Source: SAR324 cluster bacterium
GTDB taxonomy: Bacteria; SAR324; XYD2-FULL-50-16
Reading direction: 5' to 3'
DNA: 64,000 nt
Assembly (NCBI GenBank): GCA_028282885.1
Contig: JANQGX010000058.1
Coordinates: 68,078-132,077 of the forward strand
Shown: positions 1-8,060 of the stretch, one piece after another
How positions within the stretch are numbered: the first letter of the stretch is position 1
Layout: every line of letters starts with the position of its first letter
The notes under the pieces: generated by a model
What the model was told of the DNA's origin: nothing
The model's input: only the letters and a program-made list of their open reading frames with translations
Database searches by the model: none
Program-made: the position numbers and the translations under genes

Positions 1-220
1 TTTTTAAGTCGGCTATGTAATTAAAATAATCTCTCTAAAAAATATTAAAATGTTTTTTAGTAAATCTATTTATATATAATATATTATAAATTATCTTACA
101 ATATATTATACTTAAAATAAAAAATATATTTACTTAATTATAAGTATAAAAATTTATATTACTAATATAATATTTTATATTTCTATTGAACATTAAACTA
201 ATATTTACAGTATATGCAAT
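1..220. other. Extremely AT-rich non-coding segment
   Basis: Hand count gives 7 G+C in positions 61-180 and 26 G+C in 1-220, far below the rest of the window. The ORF track has no ORF here. Confidence 0.9.
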
Positions 221-261
221 AGATCAACAACAAGAGGCATGATGAACGTTCTGAAATTAAG

Positions 262-1185
262 ATGGTAAAAAACCGTATTATGGAAATTTCTCAAATAAAT
301 ACAGATACTTGCTGGGTAGATTTACACACCCATACTACCAAATCAGATGGTACTGTTCCCCCGCTTGATCTACTGGCAAATGCGATAAAAGATAGGATTA
401 AAATCTTTGCCATTACAGATCATGATAGTGTTGAAGGGATTAGGGAAATATACTCATCTCCTTTGGACAATCTGCCCCCGGGTGATCTTAAGTTTGTAAC
501 CGGTGTTGAGATCAGCGCAAAACATAAAGGTGGGGTCCTTCATATTCTGGGTTATGGCATTGATATCGAAAATGCCTTGTTAAGAGACCAATTGTTCAAA
601 ATGCAAAATATCAGGAAAACAAGGAATCAAAAAATATTAGACAAGCTGAATTCCCTGGGAATCGAAATCAGTGCTGAATACTTACCAGGTGACGAGCAGA
701 CGGGAAACAGCGTGGGAAGACCACATATCGCCAAAATGATGGTAGAAAAAGGGTTTGTTGGCAGTATTGATGAAGCATTTGACGATTACTTGAAAAAAGG
801 GGCCAAAGCTTTTGTGGAAAAGGAGCTGCTTTCCCCACAGCAGTCGATTGATTTGATACACCAGGCCGGGGGAAAAGCGATCCTGGCTCATCCGGTGACC
901 CTGAACCTCGGATCTGATGATTTCATCACCTTCATAAAGAGACTAATTAAATCGGGGCTTGATGGTCTTGAGGTTTTTGCTTCACTCCATACAGACGAGC
1001 AAACTGAGTTTTTCAAAAGCACTGCTTTGTCTCATGAACTCTTGATTTCAGCAGGATCAGATTTTCATGGAAGCATCAAACCGGAAATTACCCTTGGTGC
1101 TTGTCGTAGAGGAAACAGAATAAAAGCGGCAGACATTTCCGAAGAGCTAATTGATTTGGCGTACGATGTTAAATCCGGGGATTAG
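262..1185 (+). CDS. PHP-domain metal-dependent phosphoesterase (TrpH/YciV family)
   Basis: DLHTHT..SDG, AITDHD, GVEIS, LHILGY, GRPHIA, LAHP and GSDFHG motifs. Confidence 0.92.
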   Translation: MVKNRIMEISQINTDTCWVDLHTHTTKSDGTVPPLDLLANAIKDRIKIFAITDHDSVEGIREIYSSPLDNLPPGDLKFVTGVEISAKHKGGVLHILGYGIDIENALLRDQLFKMQNIRKTRNQKILDKLNSLGIEISAEYLPGDEQTGNSVGRPHIAKMMVEKGFVGSIDEAFDDYLKKGAKAFVEKELLSPQQSIDLIHQAGGKAILAHPVTLNLGSDDFITFIKRLIKSGLDGLEVFASLHTDEQTEFFKSTALSHELLISAGSDFHGSIKPEITLGACRRGNRIKAADISEELIDLAYDVKSGD

Positions 1186-1275
1186 GTCTTCTCCGGTATC
1201 CAAGGCAACTCTTGCCCGACCATATGAAGATCGAATAAACTTAAAAAAACGGATCAATACACCGGGATCAATCTA

Positions 1276-1506
1276 ATGTCATCAATCATACAAAAAGTCG
1301 CATATCGCAAAGAGGATGCAAAACAGCTTGCCGAAAAGCTGGGGGAGCTGTTGGGGGTTCACCAACTTGAGATTACCACCAAAGATGGTACCGTGTTGAA
1401 CGGGGTTATCTCTGAAGTCGGTGAAGATTACATCTGTTTGATCGAAGGAGAATTCGACACGGTTCTGCCTATCTCAAACATACTGTTTTTTCGGTTCCAG
1501 CATTAG
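1276..1506 (+). CDS. Small hypothetical protein, probable Sm-like (LSm/Hfq/YuzF-like) fold
   Basis: N-terminal helix followed by the LEITTKDGTVLNGVISEVGEDYICL...VLPISNI beta pattern, which resembles Sm1/Sm2. Confidence 0.55.
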   Translation: MSSIIQKVAYRKEDAKQLAEKLGELLGVHQLEITTKDGTVLNGVISEVGEDYICLIEGEFDTVLPISNILFFRFQH

Positions 1507-1554
1507 TCCGAACTTGATATTTCATAGCAAACAGTACAATCTCTCCCGATACGC

Positions 1555-2319
1555 TCACACGATGCTCTGTCCTCCATCCACAACGATCGTTTGTCCAGTG
1601 ATGAAGCTTGCGCCCTCTGATGCTAGAAACAACACCGGATGGACAACATCCGAGGGTTCCGCAATTCTGCCTGCGGGGATACCCTTACAGATCTCCTGAT
1701 GGAGTTGTTCATTTGACCAGAATGGTTCACTGAATTTCGTCTTCACCATGCCCGGAGCAACAGAATTAACCTGGATGTTGGAAGCTGCTAATTCTGAAGC
1801 CAGCACTTTTGTCATCATTTCTATTCCGGCTTTGGCAATGCCATAGACTCCCATTCCGGGTGATGATTTTCTGGCCGCCAGTGACGAAATACTAACAATC
1901 TTTCCATGTCCTTGTGTCTTCATTAATTGAGCTGCCTTTCTTGAGCAGAGGTAGGTGCCATTTAGATTTGAGTCAATGATCTTTTGCCAGAGCGCCGGTT
2001 CGGTATCTGCCAGGGAGGCTGTCAGGATGTTCATACCAACATTGTTGATTAAAATATCAAATCTCGAAAATTTTTCCTGAACCCTTTCAAACAGATGTTC
2101 AACCTCCTCCTGTCTTGCAATGTGTGCCTGGATAGCAAGCACTCGGTCTGATTGTCCCAGACTCTCCATAGCAGCGTCCAAACCTTCTTTTTTCCTGGCA
2201 CAGATGACTACCCTGGCATTTTCAACGAGCAGTTGTCGTGCGATTTCCAAACCGATACCTCTGCTGCCACCAGTTACAACAACCACTTTTTCACTCAGAT
2301 TGTATTTCATGCCTGTCAT
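1555..2319 (-). CDS. SDR-family NAD(P)-dependent oxidoreductase
   Basis: TGGSRGIG, NNVG, YGIAK catalytic motif, PG..T and ITGQTIVVDGG. Start placed at ATG 2319, downstream of a GGAG RBS. Confidence 0.93.
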   Translation of the reverse strand: MTGMKYNLSEKVVVVTGGSRGIGLEIARQLLVENARVVICARKKEGLDAAMESLGQSDRVLAIQAHIARQEEVEHLFERVQEKFSRFDILINNVGMNILTASLADTEPALWQKIIDSNLNGTYLCSRKAAQLMKTQGHGKIVSISSLAARKSSPGMGVYGIAKAGIEMMTKVLASELAASNIQVNSVAPGMVKTKFSEPFWSNEQLHQEICKGIPAGRIAEPSDVVHPVLFLASEGASFITGQTIVVDGGQSIV

Positions 2320-3010
2320 TTGTTTCTCCATCTTTGTGTTTTTGAAAAACCAGGAATACACCTCCGTGCCCTGATTCCATAAACCGATATGGTTTTGTGC
2401 AACATAATGTGAACTGTGACTTGAGTTCCTCCTTCACCTCATCATATTCAAGACTCCAATTTTGCCCTTTCCACAGGATGATATGTCCTCCCGGTCTAAG
2501 AAGAGGAGCACTATAAGTTAATACACCCTTTATTTGATCAAAAGCTCTTGATATAATGACGTCGTATCTCGACTTTTGTTTCTGATTTTTGACAACATTC
2601 TCCAGTCGGTCTTTTAATACAATTACATTTGATAGGCGAAGAGACCTGATAACCGTTTCCTGAAAGAGGATCTTTTTCCCGGATTTGTCCAGGGAGGTCA
2701 GGTGAATCCGGGGATCGCATATGGCGAGGATTATTCCAGGAATACCTGCACCCGATCCCAAATCCATAACACGACCAGTAAGATATGGTTGATTTGTGGC
2801 AGTGTTGTGCAGACTAAGTACTGCCAAAGCATCAAAGAGATGTTTGACAACCATTTCATTTTGAGAGCGAATTGCAGTCAGGTTTACTTTTTTGTTCCAT
2901 TTGGTTAGAAGCTGCAAAAAACCATCAAGCAGCTCAATTTTTTCCAAGGAAATATTCAATTGCGGAAACTCTTTTTCGATTTTCTCTCTAATTTGGACTG
3001 TTTTTCGCAT
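2291..3010 (-). CDS. rsmG: 16S rRNA m7G527 methyltransferase RsmG (GidB)
   Basis: KWNKKVNLTAI, KHLFD, DLGSGAGIPG, SRAF and WKG motifs. ATG at 3010 is the likely start. Confidence 0.93.
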   Translation of the reverse strand: MRKTVQIREKIEKEFPQLNISLEKIELLDGFLQLLTKWNKKVNLTAIRSQNEMVVKHLFDALAVLSLHNTATNQPYLTGRVMDLGSGAGIPGIILAICDPRIHLTSLDKSGKKILFQETVIRSLRLSNVIVLKDRLENVVKNQKQKSRYDVIISRAFDQIKGVLTYSAPLLRPGGHIILWKGQNWSLEYDEVKEELKSQFTLCCTKPYRFMESGHGGVFLVFQKHKDGETNDRHEIQSE

Positions 3011-3042
3011 ATCCCACGCATAATGACGACTAAGCGATAGAA

Positions 3043-3080
3043 ATAACAATAAAATCGGACTTATTGTTATAAAATAACAA
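3043..3080. promoter_or_regulatory. Operator-like inverted repeats in the divergent rsmG / fliN-like intergenic region
   Basis: ATAACAATAA(3043-3052)-N8-TTATTGTTAT(3061-3070) is a perfect 10-bp inverted repeat. It overlaps a second palindrome, TTGTTAT-AAA-ATAACAA (3064-3080). Confidence 0.5.
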
Positions 3081-3219
3081 GCAAAAGGTCGGACGTTAAC
3101 TCTCGATACAGCAAACTACCTCTTCACAAAAACGAACTAAGAGGTAGCATAAGGAAAAAATGGGTTTGTCACAATACCATTTCTAGTAGAACACAATTGA
3201 AAGTAGACAGGAGCCGGTA

Positions 3220-5286
3220 ATGGCAAAAGAAGCTGCAGAAGATTTCGATCTGGACGGACTTGACGATTTGGATCTTGGAGATGATATCGATCTGGATTTG
3301 GATGATGATAGTTTAAATCTTGATGATGTTGATGTTGGATCATCCGATGATGACCAAGAGTCAGACGTCGATCTTGATGACAACCTTCTGGATGATCTGG
3401 ACCTGGGAGATACACTTTCGGAAGATGGTGCAATAGAGGCCGAAGCTGCCCTTTCTGTCGACGACGAATTGCAAATAGATGATATAGCCGACGTTGGAGA
3501 TGATCTCGAGGGGATGGACTTAAGCGATGACATAAACCTGGATGACTCTGCGGATCTTGGCGGCGATATGGACGATATTCCGGATATTGAGGGTGAAGTT
3601 GGCGATGCCGATCCGGATGCAGGGCTTGATGGCGATTTGGATCTGGATATGCCGGATGACGACGATATCGATCTTGACCTACCAGAAGGTGAAGATATTG
3701 ATATTGCCGGCGATGCAGATCTTGATTTAGCTGACGGGGAAATGACGGTCGATACGGACATGGACGGTGATTTGGATCTGGATCTTGGCACAGACGAGGA
3801 ACTTGCTGAAAGTGAGTTAGATTTGGGTGATACCGATATCGAGGGTGATTTGGATATGGACCTTGCTGACGATGGTGACCTGGAAACTGATCTTGATCTG
3901 GACATGCCTGAGGAGAGTGGTCTGGATGAGGAGACAGAGCTGGATCTTTCGGATGATCCCGGTCTGGAATCAGATCTGGATTTGGAAAGCAGTGATGATG
4001 AAGGAGGTGATCTCGATCTTGATGTCTCCCTGGATGGAGAATCAGATGACGATCTTGATCTGGATGTCTCCTTGGATGAAGAATCAGATGGCGATCTAGA
4101 TCTTGATGTCTCCCTGGATGAGGAAGACAGTGATGACCTTGCAGTACCTGATGACGAAATAGCTGAAGATGGGGCCGGAGATGAAATTCTGGAGTTATCT
4201 GATGACGATGAAGTTTTGGGCGAAGACGCTGTTGAAGCAGATGTTGGTTTGGATTTGGAGTTGTCTGAAGAGGAGGTAACCCTTGATGAAGATTTGGACA
4301 TGGATCTGTCGGACGAAGATGCTGTTTCCGAAGGCGATGATTTGATGATGGAAGAGGAAGAGGTGCCTGTCGAGCCTGAAGTTGAAAAGGAAGGTGAAGA
4401 TGCTCATCTGGATCTTTCATCATTAGAGGATGAGCTGGGGTTGGATGAATCAGAGATAGTAAAGGCGCCGGAAGTTGAAGAAATTAAAGATGTCGAATCA
4501 GATGATGAACTCGAAAGAGAACTGGCCAGCTTTTCCGAAAATGTAAATGGAGGTGCGGAAACAGAAGAAGACGAAGGCCTGGTGCTTGACGAGTCTATGG
4601 TTGTCCAGAAAATAGAACCGGAACTTGCCGGTGAAGAGCCAGAGGATGTCCCCAGTTTTATGAAAGACAGCGGAGAAGAGGAAAGCCTCATGGAAGAGGA
4701 AATCAGCGTAGAGGGCGATGATCTTGAATTTGATGCTGGCACAGATGAGGATCTGGATTTGACCGGGGAGGTGTTTGGCGACGATGACATCGACGAAAGC
4801 CAGATTCAAATTGAGGAAGTGGAAGATGACATGGGTGATGATGATGAAGACATGTTGAGTCTTCCGGAACTGGAAGATGACGAAGAGATTTTGGATCTTT
4901 CAGCCGAAGAAGACGATGAACCTGTTATGGTTGAAGTACATGACGATTTTGCAGATGACGCCCAGGAGGGGAGTTTCGAAGAAACAGATACATCTCAGAC
5001 CTTTGAAACAGTACCTGCCGCAACCATAGATAAACCTTCAGCCAAACCGCTGGTTGGACAGGAACTCTTATTAAATCTGAAACACACACTAACCGTAGAA
5101 ATCGGAAAATCGATCCTCAAAGGCCAGGAGATTACCGAGTTATCTTATGGCTCCGTTATTGAGTTGGATAAGAAAATCGGAGATCCGGTTGAAATCATCC
5201 TGGGTGACAAATCAATAGCCCGGGGAGAAGTGGTTCAGATCAATGAAGATCAGTTGGGTGTAAGAATCACAGGCATTAACTTCTAG
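3220..5286 (+). CDS. FliM/FliN C-terminal (SpoA) domain protein with ~600-aa hyper-acidic low-complexity N-terminus
   Basis: C-terminal LTVEIGKS...LSYGSVIELDKKIGDPVEI...IARGEVVQINEDQLGVRIT is the FliN/SpoA signature. AGGAG RBS upstream. Confidence 0.85.
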   Translation: MAKEAAEDFDLDGLDDLDLGDDIDLDLDDDSLNLDDVDVGSSDDDQESDVDLDDNLLDDLDLGDTLSEDGAIEAEAALSVDDELQIDDIADVGDDLEGMDLSDDINLDDSADLGGDMDDIPDIEGEVGDADPDAGLDGDLDLDMPDDDDIDLDLPEGEDIDIAGDADLDLADGEMTVDTDMDGDLDLDLGTDEELAESELDLGDTDIEGDLDMDLADDGDLETDLDLDMPEESGLDEETELDLSDDPGLESDLDLESSDDEGGDLDLDVSLDGESDDDLDLDVSLDEESDGDLDLDVSLDEEDSDDLAVPDDEIAEDGAGDEILELSDDDEVLGEDAVEADVGLDLELSEEEVTLDEDLDMDLSDEDAVSEGDDLMMEEEEVPVEPEVEKEGEDAHLDLSSLEDELGLDESEIVKAPEVEEIKDVESDDELERELASFSENVNGGAETEEDEGLVLDESMVVQKIEPELAGEEPEDVPSFMKDSGEEESLMEEEISVEGDDLEFDAGTDEDLDLTGEVFGDDDIDESQIQIEEVEDDMGDDDEDMLSLPELEDDEEILDLSAEEDDEPVMVEVHDDFADDAQEGSFEETDTSQTFETVPAATIDKPSAKPLVGQELLLNLKHTLTVEIGKSILKGQEITELSYGSVIELDKKIGDPVEIILGDKSIARGEVVQINEDQLGVRITGINF
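4009..4134 (+). repeat. Three in-frame 42-bp tandem repeats (DLDLDVSLD[GE]E[SD]xx)
   Basis: Units start at 4009, 4051 and 4093, each containing GATGTCTCC[CT]TGGATG. Confidence 0.9.
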
Positions 5287-5331
5287 AAGTAAATAAACAG
5301 GCCTTTAAGGCTCTCCATCAAGATAACAGAC

Positions 5332-6294
5332 ATGGCAGAAATCGTTGTCAAACCTTATGATATAACAAACGGTGAAAAGGTAACCTATGGCTATTACTCA
5401 GCACTGGAGGCCGTATTTCACCAGTTTACCGACAAACTTGAATCGTTTATGTATGACGAGTTCAAACTGGTTTTTGACTTCGAATTTGCCATTAAAACAG
5501 GAAATAAATTCCAGCAGGTGCTGGACGGTATTCATCAACCCTCATCGATCTTTATCTTGGGTATTTCGCCCCTGATGAGAGATTCCCTTCTCAAAGTCGA
5601 TAATCGCTATATCAATCTCATCTTAGCCAAGTCATCTCTGTTCAGAGAAGGTAAAGTGGTTGTTAACGACAGATATTCTTTAGCCGACACCAACAGCAAA
5701 GAGGTTAAAGAGCACATGGAGCAGATGTTAACATTGTTCCAGGGTAGTTGGAGCAAAATACAGGAGGTTGAATGTAGTTTGAAACGGTTGGTGTCCAATA
5801 AAATCAAAGCCAAAATCATGGATTCTACTGAATCCTGTGTTGAAGTCATTGTGACCATGAAGCAGAATAAATTTGCAGCAAACCTGGAGTTCTGCTTTTC
5901 AACGTATCAACTGGATCGGATTATTGAAAAAAGAGGATCCAGGGGACTGCTGGCCACTGGTGAAGAACAACCCTATGACAGTGGAATAAAGGAGTATCTC
6001 ACCAATCTGCTGTTAAATGAGTCCAGCTTTGAACTTAAGGGTGTACTTGGCACAATTGACCTCTCTTCAAAGGATCTGGTTGAGTCATTTGAACAGAAAA
6101 AGGTCATTCCCGTAAAAAACAGTGTGGGATCGCATGCGGTCGTGGAATTGGATAATACCCCAATTCTTGCTGCTGATATAGGCGAGACTTCCGGTTCGAT
6201 ATCCCTTCAGGTGAAGGATAGTTATTCTTCAATGGAAACAGAAAGTCAGAAGACTAAAAAACGGTTCTCACAGATCAGTTTTTCCAACAAATAG
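5332..6294 (+). CDS. Divergent FliM-like flagellar motor switch protein
   Basis: VKPYDI start resembles FliM VxxYDF. It has a CheC-like middle region, a C-terminal SpoA-like region (ELKGVLG..L...VIP...V.LD..PI) and an adjacent FliN-like gene. Confidence 0.65.
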   Translation: MAEIVVKPYDITNGEKVTYGYYSALEAVFHQFTDKLESFMYDEFKLVFDFEFAIKTGNKFQQVLDGIHQPSSIFILGISPLMRDSLLKVDNRYINLILAKSSLFREGKVVVNDRYSLADTNSKEVKEHMEQMLTLFQGSWSKIQEVECSLKRLVSNKIKAKIMDSTESCVEVIVTMKQNKFAANLEFCFSTYQLDRIIEKRGSRGLLATGEEQPYDSGIKEYLTNLLLNESSFELKGVLGTIDLSSKDLVESFEQKKVIPVKNSVGSHAVVELDNTPILAADIGETSGSISLQVKDSYSSMETESQKTKKRFSQISFSNK

Positions 6295-6366
6295 CCTTCT
6301 ACCCCCGGCTATTCTCCAATTATATACCAGATTTCTGATTGTCCTTCCTATCCGTACAGATCTTAA

Positions 6367-6395
6367 TTGACACCTTTCCCGCCGCGCTGTAAAAA
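6367..6395 (+). promoter_or_regulatory. Possible sigma70 promoter for the radical SAM gene
   Basis: TTGACA (6367-6372), 17-nt spacer, then TAAAAA (imperfect -10). Confidence 0.35.
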
Positions 6396-6472
6396 TAGCT
6401 CAAGAAATTCAACACATCATCTGCCCGTTTCCCGCCATTTTTAATTGATATCCTTATACATTTAATTATTTT

Positions 6473-8059
6473 ATGCGCTTTTTGTTAATAAACCCGTTTT
6501 GCCCAATAACCGAGGGACCCACCCCTCCCCTGGGAATCTCTTTTCTTGCAGCAGCACTGGAGAGAGCCGGGGTTGAGGTACGAATTTTAGATTTTACAGT
6601 TTTCCCTTATAGCAAAGGCTTTTTGGAGACCGTTCTGAATGAGTTCCAGCCCTCAATGGTCGGATCTACTTCTGTTACCATGACTTTCGATTACGCTATT
6701 GAAACCATTAGAGATATCAAGCAAATCTCACCTGATATTCTAACCGTAATGGGCGGTCCCCATGTGTCCTTCTGCTATGAAGAGACCTTGAGAAAGTTTC
6801 CTGAACTGGATTTTATTGTCGCAGGAGAGGGAGAAGAGACGATTGTTGAGTTGGCTTCTGAAGCCGGGGGAATGAAAGCGTGGAAGCAAATCAATGGGCT
6901 GATATTCCGGGACGGGGACAAGATCCTGGTTAACGAACCCAGGGGATTTCTCGATGTGAATACGCTGCCGATGCCTGCACGCCATTTACTGCCTCTTGGC
7001 AGGTATCGCGCTTTACACACACCAATCAGCATGACCACAAGCCGGGGCTGTCCGTTTCATTGTATTTTCTGCGTGGGCCGGAAGATGGTGGGGGCCAGAG
7101 TTCGGTACCGTGATACCAAGCTGGTAGTGGACGAACTCGAATACCTGTCGACACTGAACTTCCCGCAAATTAATATCTCCGATGACCTGTTTACAGCCCG
7201 AAAATCTCATTGTATAGCGATCTGTGATGAGATCATGAAAAGAGACCTCTCCATCACCTGGTCCTCTTTTGCAAGGGTTGATACGGTTTCACCGGAGCTG
7301 CTGGCAAAGATGAAAGAAGCAGGGTGCAGAACCGTTAGCTTCGGTGTGGAGACAGCCAATGCGGAGATTTTGAAAACCATTAAAAAGGGAATCACGCTTG
7401 AAAAAGTGAAAAGGGCAATTAGGTTTTGTGTTGAAGCCGGGATAGAACCCCATGTCTCTTTTATTCTGGGCCTGCCTGGAGAATCACCCCAAACGCTTGA
7501 GGAGACCAAAGATTTTGGCAAGGAGATTGAAGAATTAGGCGCCTGTTACGGGTTTCATCTATTGGCTCCCTTTCCCGGTACCGCTGTCCGAGACAATAAT
7601 GAGGACTACGATTTGAGCATCCTTACCGAGGATTGGAAACAGTATCATGCTAATCGGGCTATTGTAGAAACTGAACAGGTTGGAAAAGAAGTGCTGAATG
7701 CAATCGCAGAAGAGTGGGATTATGAAACTCAAAACAAACTGGCTGAAATCAAACAGCGTATTGACCAGGGAACAGCTACAGATGATGAAGCCTGGCAGGT
7801 AATCAACCTTGATCGATTTCTGTTCATCTACCAGATGATGATGGAGAATACCCTGGAAAACCATGGAAGCTGGATAAACGGAACTCCGTTTGCTTCAGAC
7901 TCGGCCGCCTTGAAAGATCTTGCGAGACGAATTCATGGTCCCATGGGGAAAACTGAACCCGAAGCTTTGGCTATTCTGCAATATGCTTTTGAACGGGGGA
8001 GTATTGAGTATGCAGATGTCGACAACAGGGTTGTCTGGAATTGGCAGAAATTGGATTGA
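6473..8059 (+). CDS. B12-binding radical SAM protein (class B methyltransferase-like)
   Basis: PPLG, GGPH and GEGE in the B12-binding domain. RGCPFHCIFC (CxxxCxxC), GVET and PFPGT. Confidence 0.92.
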   Translation: MRFLLINPFCPITEGPTPPLGISFLAAALERAGVEVRILDFTVFPYSKGFLETVLNEFQPSMVGSTSVTMTFDYAIETIRDIKQISPDILTVMGGPHVSFCYEETLRKFPELDFIVAGEGEETIVELASEAGGMKAWKQINGLIFRDGDKILVNEPRGFLDVNTLPMPARHLLPLGRYRALHTPISMTTSRGCPFHCIFCVGRKMVGARVRYRDTKLVVDELEYLSTLNFPQINISDDLFTARKSHCIAICDEIMKRDLSITWSSFARVDTVSPELLAKMKEAGCRTVSFGVETANAEILKTIKKGITLEKVKRAIRFCVEAGIEPHVSFILGLPGESPQTLEETKDFGKEIEELGACYGFHLLAPFPGTAVRDNNEDYDLSILTEDWKQYHANRAIVETEQVGKEVLNAIAEEWDYETQNKLAEIKQRIDQGTATDDEAWQVINLDRFLFIYQMMMENTLENHGSWINGTPFASDSAALKDLARRIHGPMGKTEPEALAILQYAFERGSIEYADVDNRVVWNWQKLD

Positions 8060-8060
8060 A

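Noticed and set aside
89-117. dif-like look of AATATA-TTATACTTAAA
   Set aside because: The match to the XerD arm TTATGTTAAAT is poor, there is no XerC arm, and such a match is expected by chance in ~94% AT DNA.
1-3200. oriC near rsmG/gidB
   Set aside because: No DnaA-box cluster was seen, and dnaA, mnmG and parAB are not in the window.
4009-4134. CRISPR-like periodic repeats
   Set aside because: They are in-frame coding tandem repeats without unique spacers, and there are no cas genes.
3137-4809. Long Ser/Arg-rich and His/Pro-rich minus-strand ORFs (428, 372 and 128 aa)
   Set aside because: They are antisense shadows of the GAT/GAA/CTG-rich acidic gene, whose codon bias removes reverse-strand stop codons.
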